Translations under genes and position numbers: made by a program
IMG/VR virus record: IMGVR_UViG_3300033074_001909
Location: 32,001-96,000 of that record
DNA from: a virus
Lineage: Duplodnaviria; Caudoviricetes
Length of the DNA stretch: 64,000 bases
Reading direction: 5' to 3' (one strand)
Notes under the pieces: model-generated
Database searches by the model: none
What the model was told of the DNA's origin: nothing
The model's input: the letters and a program-made list of their open reading frames with translations, nothing else
Shown: piece by piece, positions 35,947 to 45,725 of the stretch
Numbering within the stretch: position 1 is the first letter of the stretch
Layout: every line of letters starts with the position of its first letter

Positions 35947-38900
35947 ATGAGCATGACCACCACGCAACCAGGCGGGCAGCGGATCGGCGGACAGACCTAC
36001 ATGCCCGGGCAGATGCTGCCCGAACGCTATCGCCGCGTGCTGGAGCCGTCCGACCGGCCCCGCGATCCCGCCGTCCGTGATCCGGATCTGGCTCCCAACT
36101 TAGGCCGCCATACCGTCCCGCACATCATCACCTTCCAGGGGCTGGTCACCTCCCTAGCCCGGGCCTATCGCAATCCAGACGAGGCCTTCCGACACAGCGT
36201 CGAAAACGCCCACATGATGCTGACGGACCCGACAGTGAGCGGGCCCTTGCACGCGCGGCAGATGATGACGGCGCTGCTCCAGTGGTCGGTGGAAAGCGAG
36301 GACGACAAAGATTCACAGCTCAAAGAAGCGGCCAGCCAACTCCAGAAAGTCCTGGAACGGACGCCGCGGTTCGCTGAACTGCGCCGGTGGCTGCTGGAAG
36401 CTATCTGGTATGGTCGCGCGGCCAGCCAGCACGCGATCGGATTCCACCGCGATCGCTTCGGCGTGCGACGCAGGGTGATCAAGAAATGGCTGCCGATCTC
36501 TGGCGACAAGCTTCTCTTCCGCTACGACGACGGGAGCGGGGAGTTCGACCCGGATCAGATTGGCGTGCGGGTCAGCCCGGGACTCGGCCGCGAGGATATC
36601 ATCGCCGGGCGGCGCAAACTCGAGGCCACAACCGACGGCATGGGCTACTTCCTGGAGCCCTGGGAGCGTCGGCACTGGGCGGTCCACAAGCACATGATCC
36701 GCGACGGGGAATTCGAGGATCCACTCAGCGCAGGGCAGGTGCATGGCGTCGGCCTGCGGCACTTTCTCTATTGGGTCTGGTATCAGAAGCAGGAGGCTAT
36801 GGCGCAGCTCGCCGAGGTGCTCGACCGTACTGGCGCGGGGATCACCATCTACTATTACCCCGTCGGGAATCAGGAAGCGAAAACCCAGGTGGAAAAGGTG
36901 GCCCGCGAGCAGGCGCACACCAACGTGCTGGTGATGCCGTTCGACCCGGCCAGCACAGGCGGCGACCCGTATTCGATTCAACAAATCCCGCCCAACGTAG
37001 CCGGCCTGCAGGCCCTCCAGGACATCGTGGACGGTTATTTCGGCGACATGATCACGCGGGCCATTCTGGGTCAGACGCTGTCCAGCAAACCCTCCGCAGC
37101 GGGCATGAATACGGGCGTCTCGGATCTTCAGAAAGACTCCCTGTTCCATATCGTGCGATACGACGCGGTCAATCTCCAGGAAACCATCACGCGGGAGATC
37201 CTGTTGCCGCTGCGGGACTTCAACCTACCGAAGTTCCGCAACGTGGATTTCTTCTTCAAAATCTCGACCAAAGTCAGCGCGCCGCAGGAAGAACTGGCCG
37301 CCATTTATCAGGCCTGGCAGATGGGCACCAAAATCCGCGTCCAGGATCTCTTCCAGAAGCTCGACATGGCCATGCCGGACAAAGACGACAAGGTCGTGTT
37401 TAACCCGCAGATTGTGTCAGCCATTCAGCAGGTCGAGAGCGCCCCGATGGGTGGTCTCGCCCCGCCCGGTGGCGCCGGGCCTCAGCCTCCCGGCGCCACC
37501 CCATTTCCACCCGGTGCTGCGGAAGGCACCCCTACAAGTGAGGGCGGGGGCCAAAATGAACCCCCGCCCATAGATAGAGGGGGTGCCAGCGGCCAACCGG
37601 AGCAACTGGATAAGGCCGAAAGCCCCGAGCAGGAACGCCGGAAGTTGTTTGGCCCGATCCTGTACGGTAAGCGCGAGGAGTATCTGGAGCGGATCAGGGA
37701 AGCGGTCGAGAACACCGAGCCCAACCCCACCGAGGCCCAGCGCGAGGCCGGCAATTATCGCAAGGGCGTGGTGCATTGGCGGGGTTTAGAAGTGGTGATC
37801 GAGACGCCCAAGGGTCAGCGGCGGCGCCCGGAATGGCCAGCTCTGCGGGCGCATTACGGCTACATCCGCCGGCATTACCACACGGGCGAGCAACGGCTAG
37901 TCACCAGCGAGCCGTGCGCCGACGGCGACCATCTGGATATCTTCTTGGGGCCACAGCCCGAAAGCGACATCGTGTTCGTGATCGACCAAGTGACGGCCGA
38001 CGGAAAGTTCGACGAGCACAAGTGTATCCTGGGCACGACCAACAAGCGGGACGCCCGGGCGCTGTACCTGTCGAACTATGCGGACGGGTGGAAGTGCGGT
38101 CCGATCCGGGGCATGACGATCGAGACGTTCAAGCACTGGCTCGAGCACGGAGACCTGACGAAGCCGGTGGCGCGCCAGAAACTCAGGTACGCGCGGCAAT
38201 TGTCGCTGTTTGACGATACGTTCTCGCTGGTGCGCAAGCCGAGATCACTCTTTGACGAAGGATCGCATCCCCGGGCAAAAGAGCATGTGGAGATCCAGGG
38301 CAAGGAATACGAAGGCGGGCAATGGATCCCGAAAGACGCGGCGGTGGAAGCCACGCCAGCGGCCCAAGAGAAAATCGAGGTAGTGGACAAGTCCACGGGC
38401 GAAACCGAACCACTTGAGCAAACGCTGAAACCTGGGGATAATGCCACCGCATCGCCACCGAGTCCCGAGGACGACTCCCATGACCAACCACGATCCGACG
38501 CAGAATTCGCACCTGGAGAGCCAGATTCCACCGGAGGAGATGGAGATCGAGGACGACCTGACGACGGAGAATCTGGCGGCGCAGGCGATTTGGGAGCAAA
38601 TCCAGTTGGACCGTCAGAAGAACGGATCGTCACCTCACGCCAACAGCACACGCGCCCAGCGGATCGATCCCTCGTTCCAGAGCGACTTCGACAACATCTA
38701 GACGACCACCAGCAGGAAGGCGTCGCCAAGGCGATTGCCTCTCTTCGGGATGTTGGTGGCTTCCTTAACTCCGACGGGACTGGCGTCGGTAAGGCGCAGC
38801 CGCTCGACGAACCGATTTTGACTCCCACCGGATGGAAGCGGATGGGCGATCTGCAAATCGGCGATGAAGTCATTTCAGCCGACGGATTTCCCACCAAAAT

Positions 38901-41900
38901 CAGTGGCGTCTATCCGCAAGGGCACCTGGAAGTCTATCGCGTCACATTCAGCGATGGATCGTGGACCGAATGCTGTGCAGAGCATTTATGGCAAACCCAC
39001 ACATGGTCTGATCGCCGGAATTTATCTCGCGGTTTGCGTCGCCAGGGCAATGTCCGCTCTCTACGTGAAATTGCGAGTAGTTTGGTAGCTAACGGAGGTC
39101 AATCCAACCATTCAATTCCCATGACAGCCCCCGTCGCATTTCAGCCGCGACAAATCTTGCTTGACCCGTATGTTTTGGGCGTGCTGTTGGGTGACGGAGG
39201 AATGTCCCGACAAGCATCGTTGACAGTAACCAGCGTTGACCAGGAAATTCTAGATAGCGTAGGGCATACCTTGCCTACTGGAGTGCGATTGCGACGCATT
39301 GGAAATAGTCCTAGCTACTCGATCACCACGGATCGTCGCGCAACGAAGTCAGGCAATCCAATGGTGACGGAATTACGCCGTTTGGGACTTCATGGACCAG
39401 GAAAAACATCGGATACAAAATTCATCCCGGAAGACTACAAATTCAATTCCGTTGACGTTCGATTGTCCGTCTTGCAGGGACTAATGGATACAGACGGGAC
39501 AATTGATAAGCGTGGCACAAGTTGCGTTTACACGACAACTTCACGGAAATTGGCTGATGACATTGTGTTTCTTGTGCAGTCGTTGGGGGGAACCGCAAGA
39601 ATCCAAAGCAAGCAACCAACGTATTGTTACAACGGTGATAAACGAGACGGCAAGCAAGCGTACAACGTCACCTTGTGTCTTCCTCCTGAATTCAAGCCAT
39701 TCCGGTTGTCAAGGAAGTCAGGACGAGTAGTTCCTAAGTCTAAGTACGCACCTAGGCGATACATCAAGACGGTGGAGCAAATCGGCAGTAAACCTTGTCA
39801 GTGCATTGCAGTTGAAAATAAGTCGCATTTGTATCTGACACGCGGATTCATTGTCACGCACAATACCCGGCAGCTTCTCGCCACCGCGCAGCACTATCTA
39901 GATCAGGGTAAGAAGGTCATTGTCATCGCGCCTAAGGGCGTGACCAAAGCCGACTGGAAGAAAAAGACCGTCACCGGTTCCTGGCAGAATGACAGCCAGG
40001 CCATGGGTGTGCCGATCCACGTGACGCGGGACGAGATCGACCCCAAGGCGGTCAATATCTCGAGCTACGAGAATCTCGCGAAGCTCAAACGGCAGGTCGA
40101 CGACAACACGATCGTGATGTTCGACGAGGCGCACTCGCTGAAGAATCGCGATTCCGCCCGCTCCAAGCACGGCGTGGAAATGGCCAATACCGCGGCGGCG
40201 GTACTCTTTGCCACGGCCACTCCCGTCGACAAGGTCGAGCACCTGCACTACCTGGACCGAGCCGGTGCCTTTGGCGGGCGATATTACGGCCAGACCTACG
40301 AGCAATTGGGACTGGAGCAAGTCGAGCAGAGCATTGGCGGCGGCCAGACGGTCAAGAAGTGGCAGATTCGTCCTGGCGTCAAGGCATCCGAGGTCATGCG
40401 TCGCCTGTCGGGGCTATTCACGCGATTGACGGCCGATGGCCGGATGGTCAAGCGTGAAATCAGCATGAAGGACGTGCCGGTATCGGTACGGCAGGTGAAA
40501 CTGCCTCCCGAGGCCCACGAAGTCCTGGATCGCATTGAGGAGGAACTGACTGGCACCTCGGCCAATGAGGGCCTGGAACGAGCTCGCATCCTGATGCACC
40601 AGCGGCGACAGCAGGAACCGTATAAAGTCGCCCCCGCAGTCGACGAAGCGCTGCAGGCGCTCGACGCGGGCCGGCAGGTGGTGATTTTCGCGTCACGGGT
40701 CAATGAATCGCAGGTTGGCGGAGAGGATGACGACGACGAAAACGCCATCAAGTCCGAAGGAACCATGAAACTCCTGCGGGAAGAGCTCGAGCGGCGTGGC
40801 ATCAAGCCGGCCGACATCGCGGAGATTCACGGCGGGGTCTCCAAGACGAAGATTCCGAAAGAAATGGACCGCTTCCAAGCTGGTCAGGCTCGCGTCGTGA
40901 TCGCCACGGTGGAGAGTGGCGGCACGGGCATTAACCTGGACGACACGCGAGGAGACCGGCCGCGGACGCTGATCATGATGACGGCGCCATTTTCGGCGGT
41001 GGAAAACGTCCAGGCGGCTGGCCGAGTGTGGCGGCTCAAGACGAAGAGCATTCCCGAGATCAAGTATCTGTTCGGGGATACGGAAGTAGACGATTGGAAT
41101 TCGGCGCTGATCAGCAAGAAGATGCGGACGCTGGGCGCGTCGGTAAGCGGCCAGATTGGCAAACTCGACGTGAACAATCTGAACGAGTCGGACGCGATCG
41201 ATTTCGAGTCCGAAGAGCCGTACGAGTGGCAATATCCCGGGGAGGGTGAACCGCCCTCGGCGTCGTTCACTAAACTGGATAGCGGCGAGTGGGGAATGCG
41301 AGTGGATGGCCGGGTGCGACCGGGCGAAACGGTCGAGATCGCGAAGCGGGACGGATCGAAAACGCGGCGGGTAGTCGGGAAGATCGTCAAGGCGGGCGCC
41401 GGATTCACGATCGCGACGTTGAGCGATGCGGCGCCAGCCCGCGAGCAATTGCCGCCGCCTCCACCACCGCCGCCGTCGCCGCCTCCCCCCAAAGCGCCCA
41501 CGGCGAAGCCCAGTCATCCGTTCGAGGCACTGGCGGCGTGGTCGCAGCCGAAAAAGGTGAACACGGCGCAAGGGCCACGGATGGTGCGCAGCGCGCGCCC
41601 GACGGACAAATTCTGGAAAGAGTGGGGCAAGGACAAGGAGCGATTGAAGCGTCAGGGGATCAGCGTCTCGAAGTACCAAGGAGAATGGCAGATTTCCTGG
41701 TGGCAGGAGGCACCTGATCGCAACGCGAAACGCTACGCCAAGGACATCCTGCCCGGCGGACTCGCCGACGACGCGCCACCGGTGGATGCCGCAGCCTTAG
41801 CCCGCGGCATCGCCATCGAGATGGAGCACACAGACGATCCGGCGATCGCCAAGGAAATCGCGGCCGACCATCTGGCGGAATTCCCGGACTACTACGACGC

Positions 41901-42390
41901 CTTGGAACAAATGGAAGCGTCGCTCCGGTCGCGTGCGTCGAAACTGGGAGATCGCCTGCGCTACGCCAAGGACTTAGCAGACCTGTCGGCCGAACCGCTC
42001 ACCTACGCCTGCGCCTGCCGGCAGCGGTACGCGAAGGGTGACGAGTCGAGTCACGATCACGAACTGGGGCATGTAAGCGACCTGGAATTCGGGCAGGTGA
42101 GCGAGACGCCGGCATGGCGTGAGGCGTGGCAGCAAGAACTCGCCAGCGGCGAACTGAACGAGGAATCCAGCGAGAATCCAGCCGAGGGGCTGGCCGAGTA
42201 TGTGGCGCTGGTGCTGCAGTCCCCGAAGCAGGCTCGCGACGAGTACCCGGTTTGCTGGGAATCGCTCGAGATGGCCGGCATGATCGAAGACGTGGCAAGC
42301 GACGGTCCAGCCCGTTATGCTTACGACGAAAGCCAGCACCCTCGTGACGATGATGGCATGGTTCAAGAATACTCCAAATTAACAGGTTGA
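35947..42390 (+). CDS. portal (DUF935/Mu gp29-like) fused to polyvalent cargo: PPase-like domain, SF2/strawberry-notch-like helicase (with intein), DUF5661-like domain
   Basis: LLEAIWYG, GVGL..LYW, ITRAILGQTLS (portal); NYRKG..IETPKG..HYGYI..DGDHLDIFLGP..FDEHK; DGTGVGK/T, FDEAH, GGTGINL, QAAGRVWR; GIAIEMEHTDDP..AKEIAADHL.E.PDYY. Confidence 0.85.
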   Translation: MSMTTTQPGGQRIGGQTYMPGQMLPERYRRVLEPSDRPRDPAVRDPDLAPNLGRHTVPHIITFQGLVTSLARAYRNPDEAFRHSVENAHMMLTDPTVSGPLHARQMMTALLQWSVESEDDKDSQLKEAASQLQKVLERTPRFAELRRWLLEAIWYGRAASQHAIGFHRDRFGVRRRVIKKWLPISGDKLLFRYDDGSGEFDPDQIGVRVSPGLGREDIIAGRRKLEATTDGMGYFLEPWERRHWAVHKHMIRDGEFEDPLSAGQVHGVGLRHFLYWVWYQKQEAMAQLAEVLDRTGAGITIYYYPVGNQEAKTQVEKVAREQAHTNVLVMPFDPASTGGDPYSIQQIPPNVAGLQALQDIVDGYFGDMITRAILGQTLSSKPSAAGMNTGVSDLQKDSLFHIVRYDAVNLQETITREILLPLRDFNLPKFRNVDFFFKISTKVSAPQEELAAIYQAWQMGTKIRVQDLFQKLDMAMPDKDDKVVFNPQIVSAIQQVESAPMGGLAPPGGAGPQPPGATPFPPGAAEGTPTSEGGGQNEPPPIDRGGASGQPEQLDKAESPEQERRKLFGPILYGKREEYLERIREAVENTEPNPTEAQREAGNYRKGVVHWRGLEVVIETPKGQRRRPEWPALRAHYGYIRRHYHTGEQRLVTSEPCADGDHLDIFLGPQPESDIVFVIDQVTADGKFDEHKCILGTTNKRDARALYLSNYADGWKCGPIRGMTIETFKHWLEHGDLTKPVARQKLRYARQLSLFDDTFSLVRKPRSLFDEGSHPRAKEHVEIQGKEYEGGQWIPKDAAVEATPAAQEKIEVVDKSTGETEPLEQTLKPGDNATASPPSPEDDSHDQPRSDAEFAPGEPDSTGGDGDRGRPDDGESGGAGDLGANPVGPSEERIVTSRQQHTRPADRSLVPERLRQHLDDHQQEGVAKAIASLRDVGGFLNSDGTGVGKAQPLDEPILTPTGWKRMGDLQIGDEVISADGFPTKISGVYPQGHLEVYRVTFSDGSWTECCAEHLWQTHTWSDRRNLSRGLRRQGNVRSLREIASSLVANGGQSNHSIPMTAPVAFQPRQILLDPYVLGVLLGDGGMSRQASLTVTSVDQEILDSVGHTLPTGVRLRRIGNSPSYSITTDRRATKSGNPMVTELRRLGLHGPGKTSDTKFIPEDYKFNSVDVRLSVLQGLMDTDGTIDKRGTSCVYTTTSRKLADDIVFLVQSLGGTARIQSKQPTYCYNGDKRDGKQAYNVTLCLPPEFKPFRLSRKSGRVVPKSKYAPRRYIKTVEQIGSKPCQCIAVENKSHLYLTRGFIVTHNTRQLLATAQHYLDQGKKVIVIAPKGVTKADWKKKTVTGSWQNDSQAMGVPIHVTRDEIDPKAVNISSYENLAKLKRQVDDNTIVMFDEAHSLKNRDSARSKHGVEMANTAAAVLFATATPVDKVEHLHYLDRAGAFGGRYYGQTYEQLGLEQVEQSIGGGQTVKKWQIRPGVKASEVMRRLSGLFTRLTADGRMVKREISMKDVPVSVRQVKLPPEAHEVLDRIEEELTGTSANEGLERARILMHQRRQQEPYKVAPAVDEALQALDAGRQVVIFASRVNESQVGGEDDDDENAIKSEGTMKLLREELERRGIKPADIAEIHGGVSKTKIPKEMDRFQAGQARVVIATVESGGTGINLDDTRGDRPRTLIMMTAPFSAVENVQAAGRVWRLKTKSIPEIKYLFGDTEVDDWNSALISKKMRTLGASVSGQIGKLDVNNLNESDAIDFESEEPYEWQYPGEGEPPSASFTKLDSGEWGMRVDGRVRPGETVEIAKRDGSKTRRVVGKIVKAGAGFTIATLSDAAPAREQLPPPPPPPPSPPPPKAPTAKPSHPFEALAAWSQPKKVNTAQGPRMVRSARPTDKFWKEWGKDKERLKRQGISVSKYQGEWQISWWQEAPDRNAKRYAKDILPGGLADDAPPVDAAALARGIAIEMEHTDDPAIAKEIAADHLAEFPDYYDALEQMEASLRSRASKLGDRLRYAKDLADLSAEPLTYACACRQRYAKGDESSHDHELGHVSDLEFGQVSETPAWREAWQQELASGELNEESSENPAEGLAEYVALVLQSPKQARDEYPVCWESLEMAGMIEDVASDGPARYAYDESQHPRDDDGMVQEYSKLTG
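38794..39864 (+). mobile_element. class 3 (Ala-1, WCT) LAGLIDADG intein in the helicase Walker A
   Basis: GK|AQPLDEPILTPTGW; HLW, CQCI, VTHN|T; LGVLLGDG and LQGLMDTDG; lower GC. Confidence 0.92.
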
Positions 42391-43626
42391 TTATGCCCAG
42401 TTTCTCTGTATTTCCTGGTCGAAGATAGTCTTGTGGTGCCACGTCGGTCCGAACGACAGGCTGGATACGCCAGCCGCGTGAGTCCGGAAGCAATGCTCGA
42501 TCCACTCCAGAAACTCGGTTATCGAAGAGGCAACGGATAAACTGGCAGTCGGCGGCAATTCCGACAGCAGGTAGTCGGCTCGGCGCCCGTCATTCGGTAG
42601 CTCTTCTAACTGATAGAAATCGTGATGAACGATCACGGGCGACAGGTAGTCCAGCCAAGTGACGGCCAGGGAGTGCAGAGGTCCGCCGCAGTGTCGCGAG
42701 GCATATTCCAGGAGGTCGCAACAGTGGTAGCCGACCCGCAGCGGGCCTTGCCAGGGATTGGTCACGTTGTGGTCTGACAAAAGTCGCATGTCAGGGCGCC
42801 AGCCCGGGAACGGCCCGGCGCCGTGCCGTGTGGCCAGGGACCGCAGAATGCCCATGTGATGGACATCACGGATCCCCATCGCCTCGAGCGGCTCCCGGGC
42901 AGCATCAAGCGTCACAGTCGACCATGTGGTGTAAGGGTGGAAGCCCACGTGCTCGTCCAATAGGACGCCTTGGGCGCCCTCGAAGATGGCGCAATCCAAC
43001 TTGCCGCTAAGGCCGGTGGCGGACAATTGCAGGTGAAGTTCTTGTGCCACTTCCTGGTACTTGTCGGCATACTCCAGGAACGCCGGCAGGGTGACGCTGA
43101 GGCCATAGTGCTCGGCCTGGGCCTGCAGTTTGTCTCGGCAGACGGTCCGCGACGACAGATCCTTGGCGAAGATAGTCAGGTCGAGGTGGCACCGGGCCAT
43201 GTGCCGGCATTCGCCGATCCCCAGTCCGCAGGAACCGTGCCGCTGGTCCCCGCGAGCGCGCTCCCGTTCGCGATTGATGAAGCGATGCGCCACGGTCGCC
43301 ACGGGGCACTCCGGATGGACACGCAGCAGCGACCACGGGTCGGAGATACCCAGTTCTTGGAGGTGTCGAGCCTCATTACGCATGGCCAGGGGGTCGATGA
43401 TCATGTCCCGCCAGAGCCACGTGGGGACGCCGTGCAGGGTGCCCGCTCCCCATTGGCTGAAGCAATGGGATCGCCCATCCGGCAAAACCACATGATGGGC
43501 GGCCTGGTATCCGCCGCTGTAGCGTACGACCAGGTCCGCCCGCCAGCGTTGGCAGAGGGCATCGACCATGGTGCCTTTCCCCTCGTCACCAAACCCGAGC
43601 CCCACGGTCACAATCGCCCTCGCCAT
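42391..43626 (-). CDS. divergent adenylosuccinate-synthetase (PurA)-like protein
   Basis: GLGFGDEGKG, RYSGGYQAAHHV, HGSCGLGIGE, FEGAQGVLLD, TRHGAGPF. Confidence 0.88.
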   Translation of the reverse strand: MARAIVTVGLGFGDEGKGTMVDALCQRWRADLVVRYSGGYQAAHHVVLPDGRSHCFSQWGAGTLHGVPTWLWRDMIIDPLAMRNEARHLQELGISDPWSLLRVHPECPVATVAHRFINRERERARGDQRHGSCGLGIGECRHMARCHLDLTIFAKDLSSRTVCRDKLQAQAEHYGLSVTLPAFLEYADKYQEVAQELHLQLSATGLSGKLDCAIFEGAQGVLLDEHVGFHPYTTWSTVTLDAAREPLEAMGIRDVHHMGILRSLATRHGAGPFPGWRPDMRLLSDHNVTNPWQGPLRVGYHCCDLLEYASRHCGGPLHSLAVTWLDYLSPVIVHHDFYQLEELPNDGRRADYLLSELPPTASLSVASSITEFLEWIEHCFRTHAAGVSSLSFGPTWHHKTIFDQEIQRNWA

Positions 43627-43640
43627 ATACCCTCGACTCC

Positions 43641-44603
43641 TTACAACGTTGTTAAGCCGGTGCCTTTGGTGACATTAGCCACGGCCCCCGGGCCATCCCG
43701 CAGCACGACGGCCTTGGTGACCGTATCGGCAGAGCGGCCCGCCTCGCCCAGATCCTGTGCCAACCCGGACAGGTCTACGGCGCCTTCACAGACGCCGATT
43801 TGGGCCGCGATGAAGTCGCTGATGGCGGCCGGATCCTCGAGACGGAGCGCCTGCTGTCCCAAGTGTTGCTTCCAGAATTCCAGGATGCGCGGCTCGTTGT
43901 AGTAGGACGTCAGGTTCGGCAGGATGTAAAACACTTCCCACCGCTCCTGGGCCTCTTTCACGATTTGCTCCAGGGGAATGCTAGCTTCGAGTTTGTCGCC
44001 GAAGATGTTCTCCACCTGGTGACGATCGACGCGGGGATAGGCCATTTCATCGCCGATCAGGAAGGCATAGCCCTTCTTCTGACGCTTCTCCCAGGCGTCG
44101 CAGACCGTCTTGCGGGCCAGGAAATACAACGCCAGCTCGTAGGATTCGGTTCGTTGGCCACCCCCTCCGCCCTCGAGGAACAGGTTGGTCAGGTCGTTCT
44201 CGATCTCAATTCCAGACTCGAATTGCCCGACTTGGAGCGGCGCCCGGTCGCACGTGGCATCCCCGACGCCGGCCACGCAAATAGCGGCATCCGCCAAATA
44301 GGACTTGCGCAGCAGCAGGCCCATCAGGGAGCAGAGATTCGCTTGCAAGATGCCCGGGACGGTGTTCATCGAACCGGTGACGTCGAAGCCGACGAACACG
44401 GGCACGGATTCGGGATGCTGCGCGCTGTCGCGGCACTCGCGGATGCCGGCCTTGAGTTTGGCGGGATCGAGCGAGTGATGAGCCGCCGCAGCGGTTTTTC
44501 CTTTGCGGATCGCGTCGTCGTGCGCAAACGTCGGCGCGTTCGTGGCCGACCGATGCAGAGCACGCGAACTGTAATGTTCATCTGACCAACTTGTGCCACC
44601 CAT
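43641..44603 (-). CDS. vWA-domain protein
   Basis: MIDAS DVTGSM, GVGDA, LQVGQFES, EGGGGG..ESYELA, IGDE. Confidence 0.88.
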   Translation of the reverse strand: MGGTSWSDEHYSSRALHRSATNAPTFAHDDAIRKGKTAAAAHHSLDPAKLKAGIRECRDSAQHPESVPVFVGFDVTGSMNTVPGILQANLCSLMGLLLRKSYLADAAICVAGVGDATCDRAPLQVGQFESGIEIENDLTNLFLEGGGGGQRTESYELALYFLARKTVCDAWEKRQKKGYAFLIGDEMAYPRVDRHQVENIFGDKLEASIPLEQIVKEAQERWEVFYILPNLTSYYNEPRILEFWKQHLGQQALRLEDPAAISDFIAAQIGVCEGAVDLSGLAQDLGEAGRSADTVTKAVVLRDGPGAVANVTKGTGLTTL

Positions 44604-44618
44604 GGTGAAAACCCCTTG

Positions 44619-45584
44619 CTACATGTCCAACGGAACAAACACCGGAGGTCCGAAAAGCTGATCCAGCAAGTCGGTAAACTCCGCACACAACTGCCACGCA
44701 TCGGAGGGCGCTAATCGCCCCGGCAGGCAGCAACTACGCATAAAGCCGCGCATCAGCGGCGGCAGAGCCTCCTCGCCGCCGGCCATCTGTACCAGCGTGC
44801 GGGCGGCCAAGTGAATATCCAGCGCGGGCGTCGCCTCCTTGCCGGGATACCACGCCTTGTGGCTGCTGGGCACGACAGGGACTGGACTGCCCAGTTTGGC
44901 GGCATGGATCCAGTCGCACAGCACCAGCCCGTGATTGGCAGCCGACCAGAGGCAGTGCTGGGGCAGGACGGCACAGTGCGCCCAGCCGTAGCGATGGGCA
45001 AAGCCCAGGACGGTGAGCATCCGCTTGAACATCCACGCCAGGTGCCGGCTGTCGAGCGGGGCATGCTTTGTCAACACGTCGGCCGTGGTGAACAGCCCGG
45101 GACGCCGGTGGAACACGTTCACCCGGACTTTTCCCACCAGGAACGATTCCACGGGGAGGGGCAGGTAATGCGAGTAGGTCGACGTGCCCGCCGCCTGTTC
45201 ATGCAAGTGCTCGAGCACTTCCCGCTCTTTGGCGAGGAGGTTATTCGCGGCCGGCAGCGTGACATAAGGCGTTTTGAGGAGGTAGGCCTGTCCGTCACTG
45301 GTCGCATACTGCACGTCGCACAGATCGCCGCGGCCCAGCGTGGAGCGCACGGAATACTCGCGGGTCGGCGAGGTCACCACCTGGAGCGGGGCCTGACTGG
45401 CGGCCGCTTTGAGTGCCCCGAGCTCGCGAAACAGCCGGGCCGCCCGATCGCGGTCCCGTTCGGGGAAACGGTCCGGATGCAGCCGCACCGCGTACCAGCG
45501 ATAGAGCGTGTCGGGGTCGGGACCGAAGAACGCCACTGGATCCAGTCGAGCCGAGGACAGTTCGCGCTCCAGGTCAGCCAGCAT
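44619..45584 (-). CDS. J-domain-like (HPD) fused to a Ser/Thr kinase-like fold
   Basis: YRWYAVRLHPDR; LGRGDLCDV, LLK, AKE..L, AHCAVLPQH, LCDW. Confidence 0.78.
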   Translation of the reverse strand: MLADLERELSSARLDPVAFFGPDPDTLYRWYAVRLHPDRFPERDRDRAARLFRELGALKAAASQAPLQVVTSPTREYSVRSTLGRGDLCDVQYATSDGQAYLLKTPYVTLPAANNLLAKEREVLEHLHEQAAGTSTYSHYLPLPVESFLVGKVRVNVFHRRPGLFTTADVLTKHAPLDSRHLAWMFKRMLTVLGFAHRYGWAHCAVLPQHCLWSAANHGLVLCDWIHAAKLGSPVPVVPSSHKAWYPGKEATPALDIHLAARTLVQMAGGEEALPPLMRGFMRSCCLPGRLAPSDAWQLCAEFTDLLDQLFGPPVFVPLDM

Positions 45585-45621
45585 TTTGCATCTCCTTGCG
45601 AAACAGACTCACCAACGGGTA

Positions 45622-45653
45622 TTGCATTATGCGACTTATATTTCATAATGCAA
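45622..45653. promoter_or_regulatory. palindromic bidirectional promoter/operator
   Basis: TTGCATTATG-N12-CATAATGCAA reads TTGCAT-16-CATAAT on both strands between divergent genes. Confidence 0.65.
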
Positions 45654-45725
45654 CCCGGTGTGTGGTGATACCTGAAATGGACCGCATGGTATCCTGGGGC
45701 CTTTCCCAATTAGGAGGGGGTCGAC

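Noticed and set aside
42391-43626. PurZ (diaminopurine / Z-genome) assignment
   Set aside because: Retains Asp in GDEGKG where PurZ has Ser, no dATPase/MazZ partners are seen, and the context is vWA plus kinase
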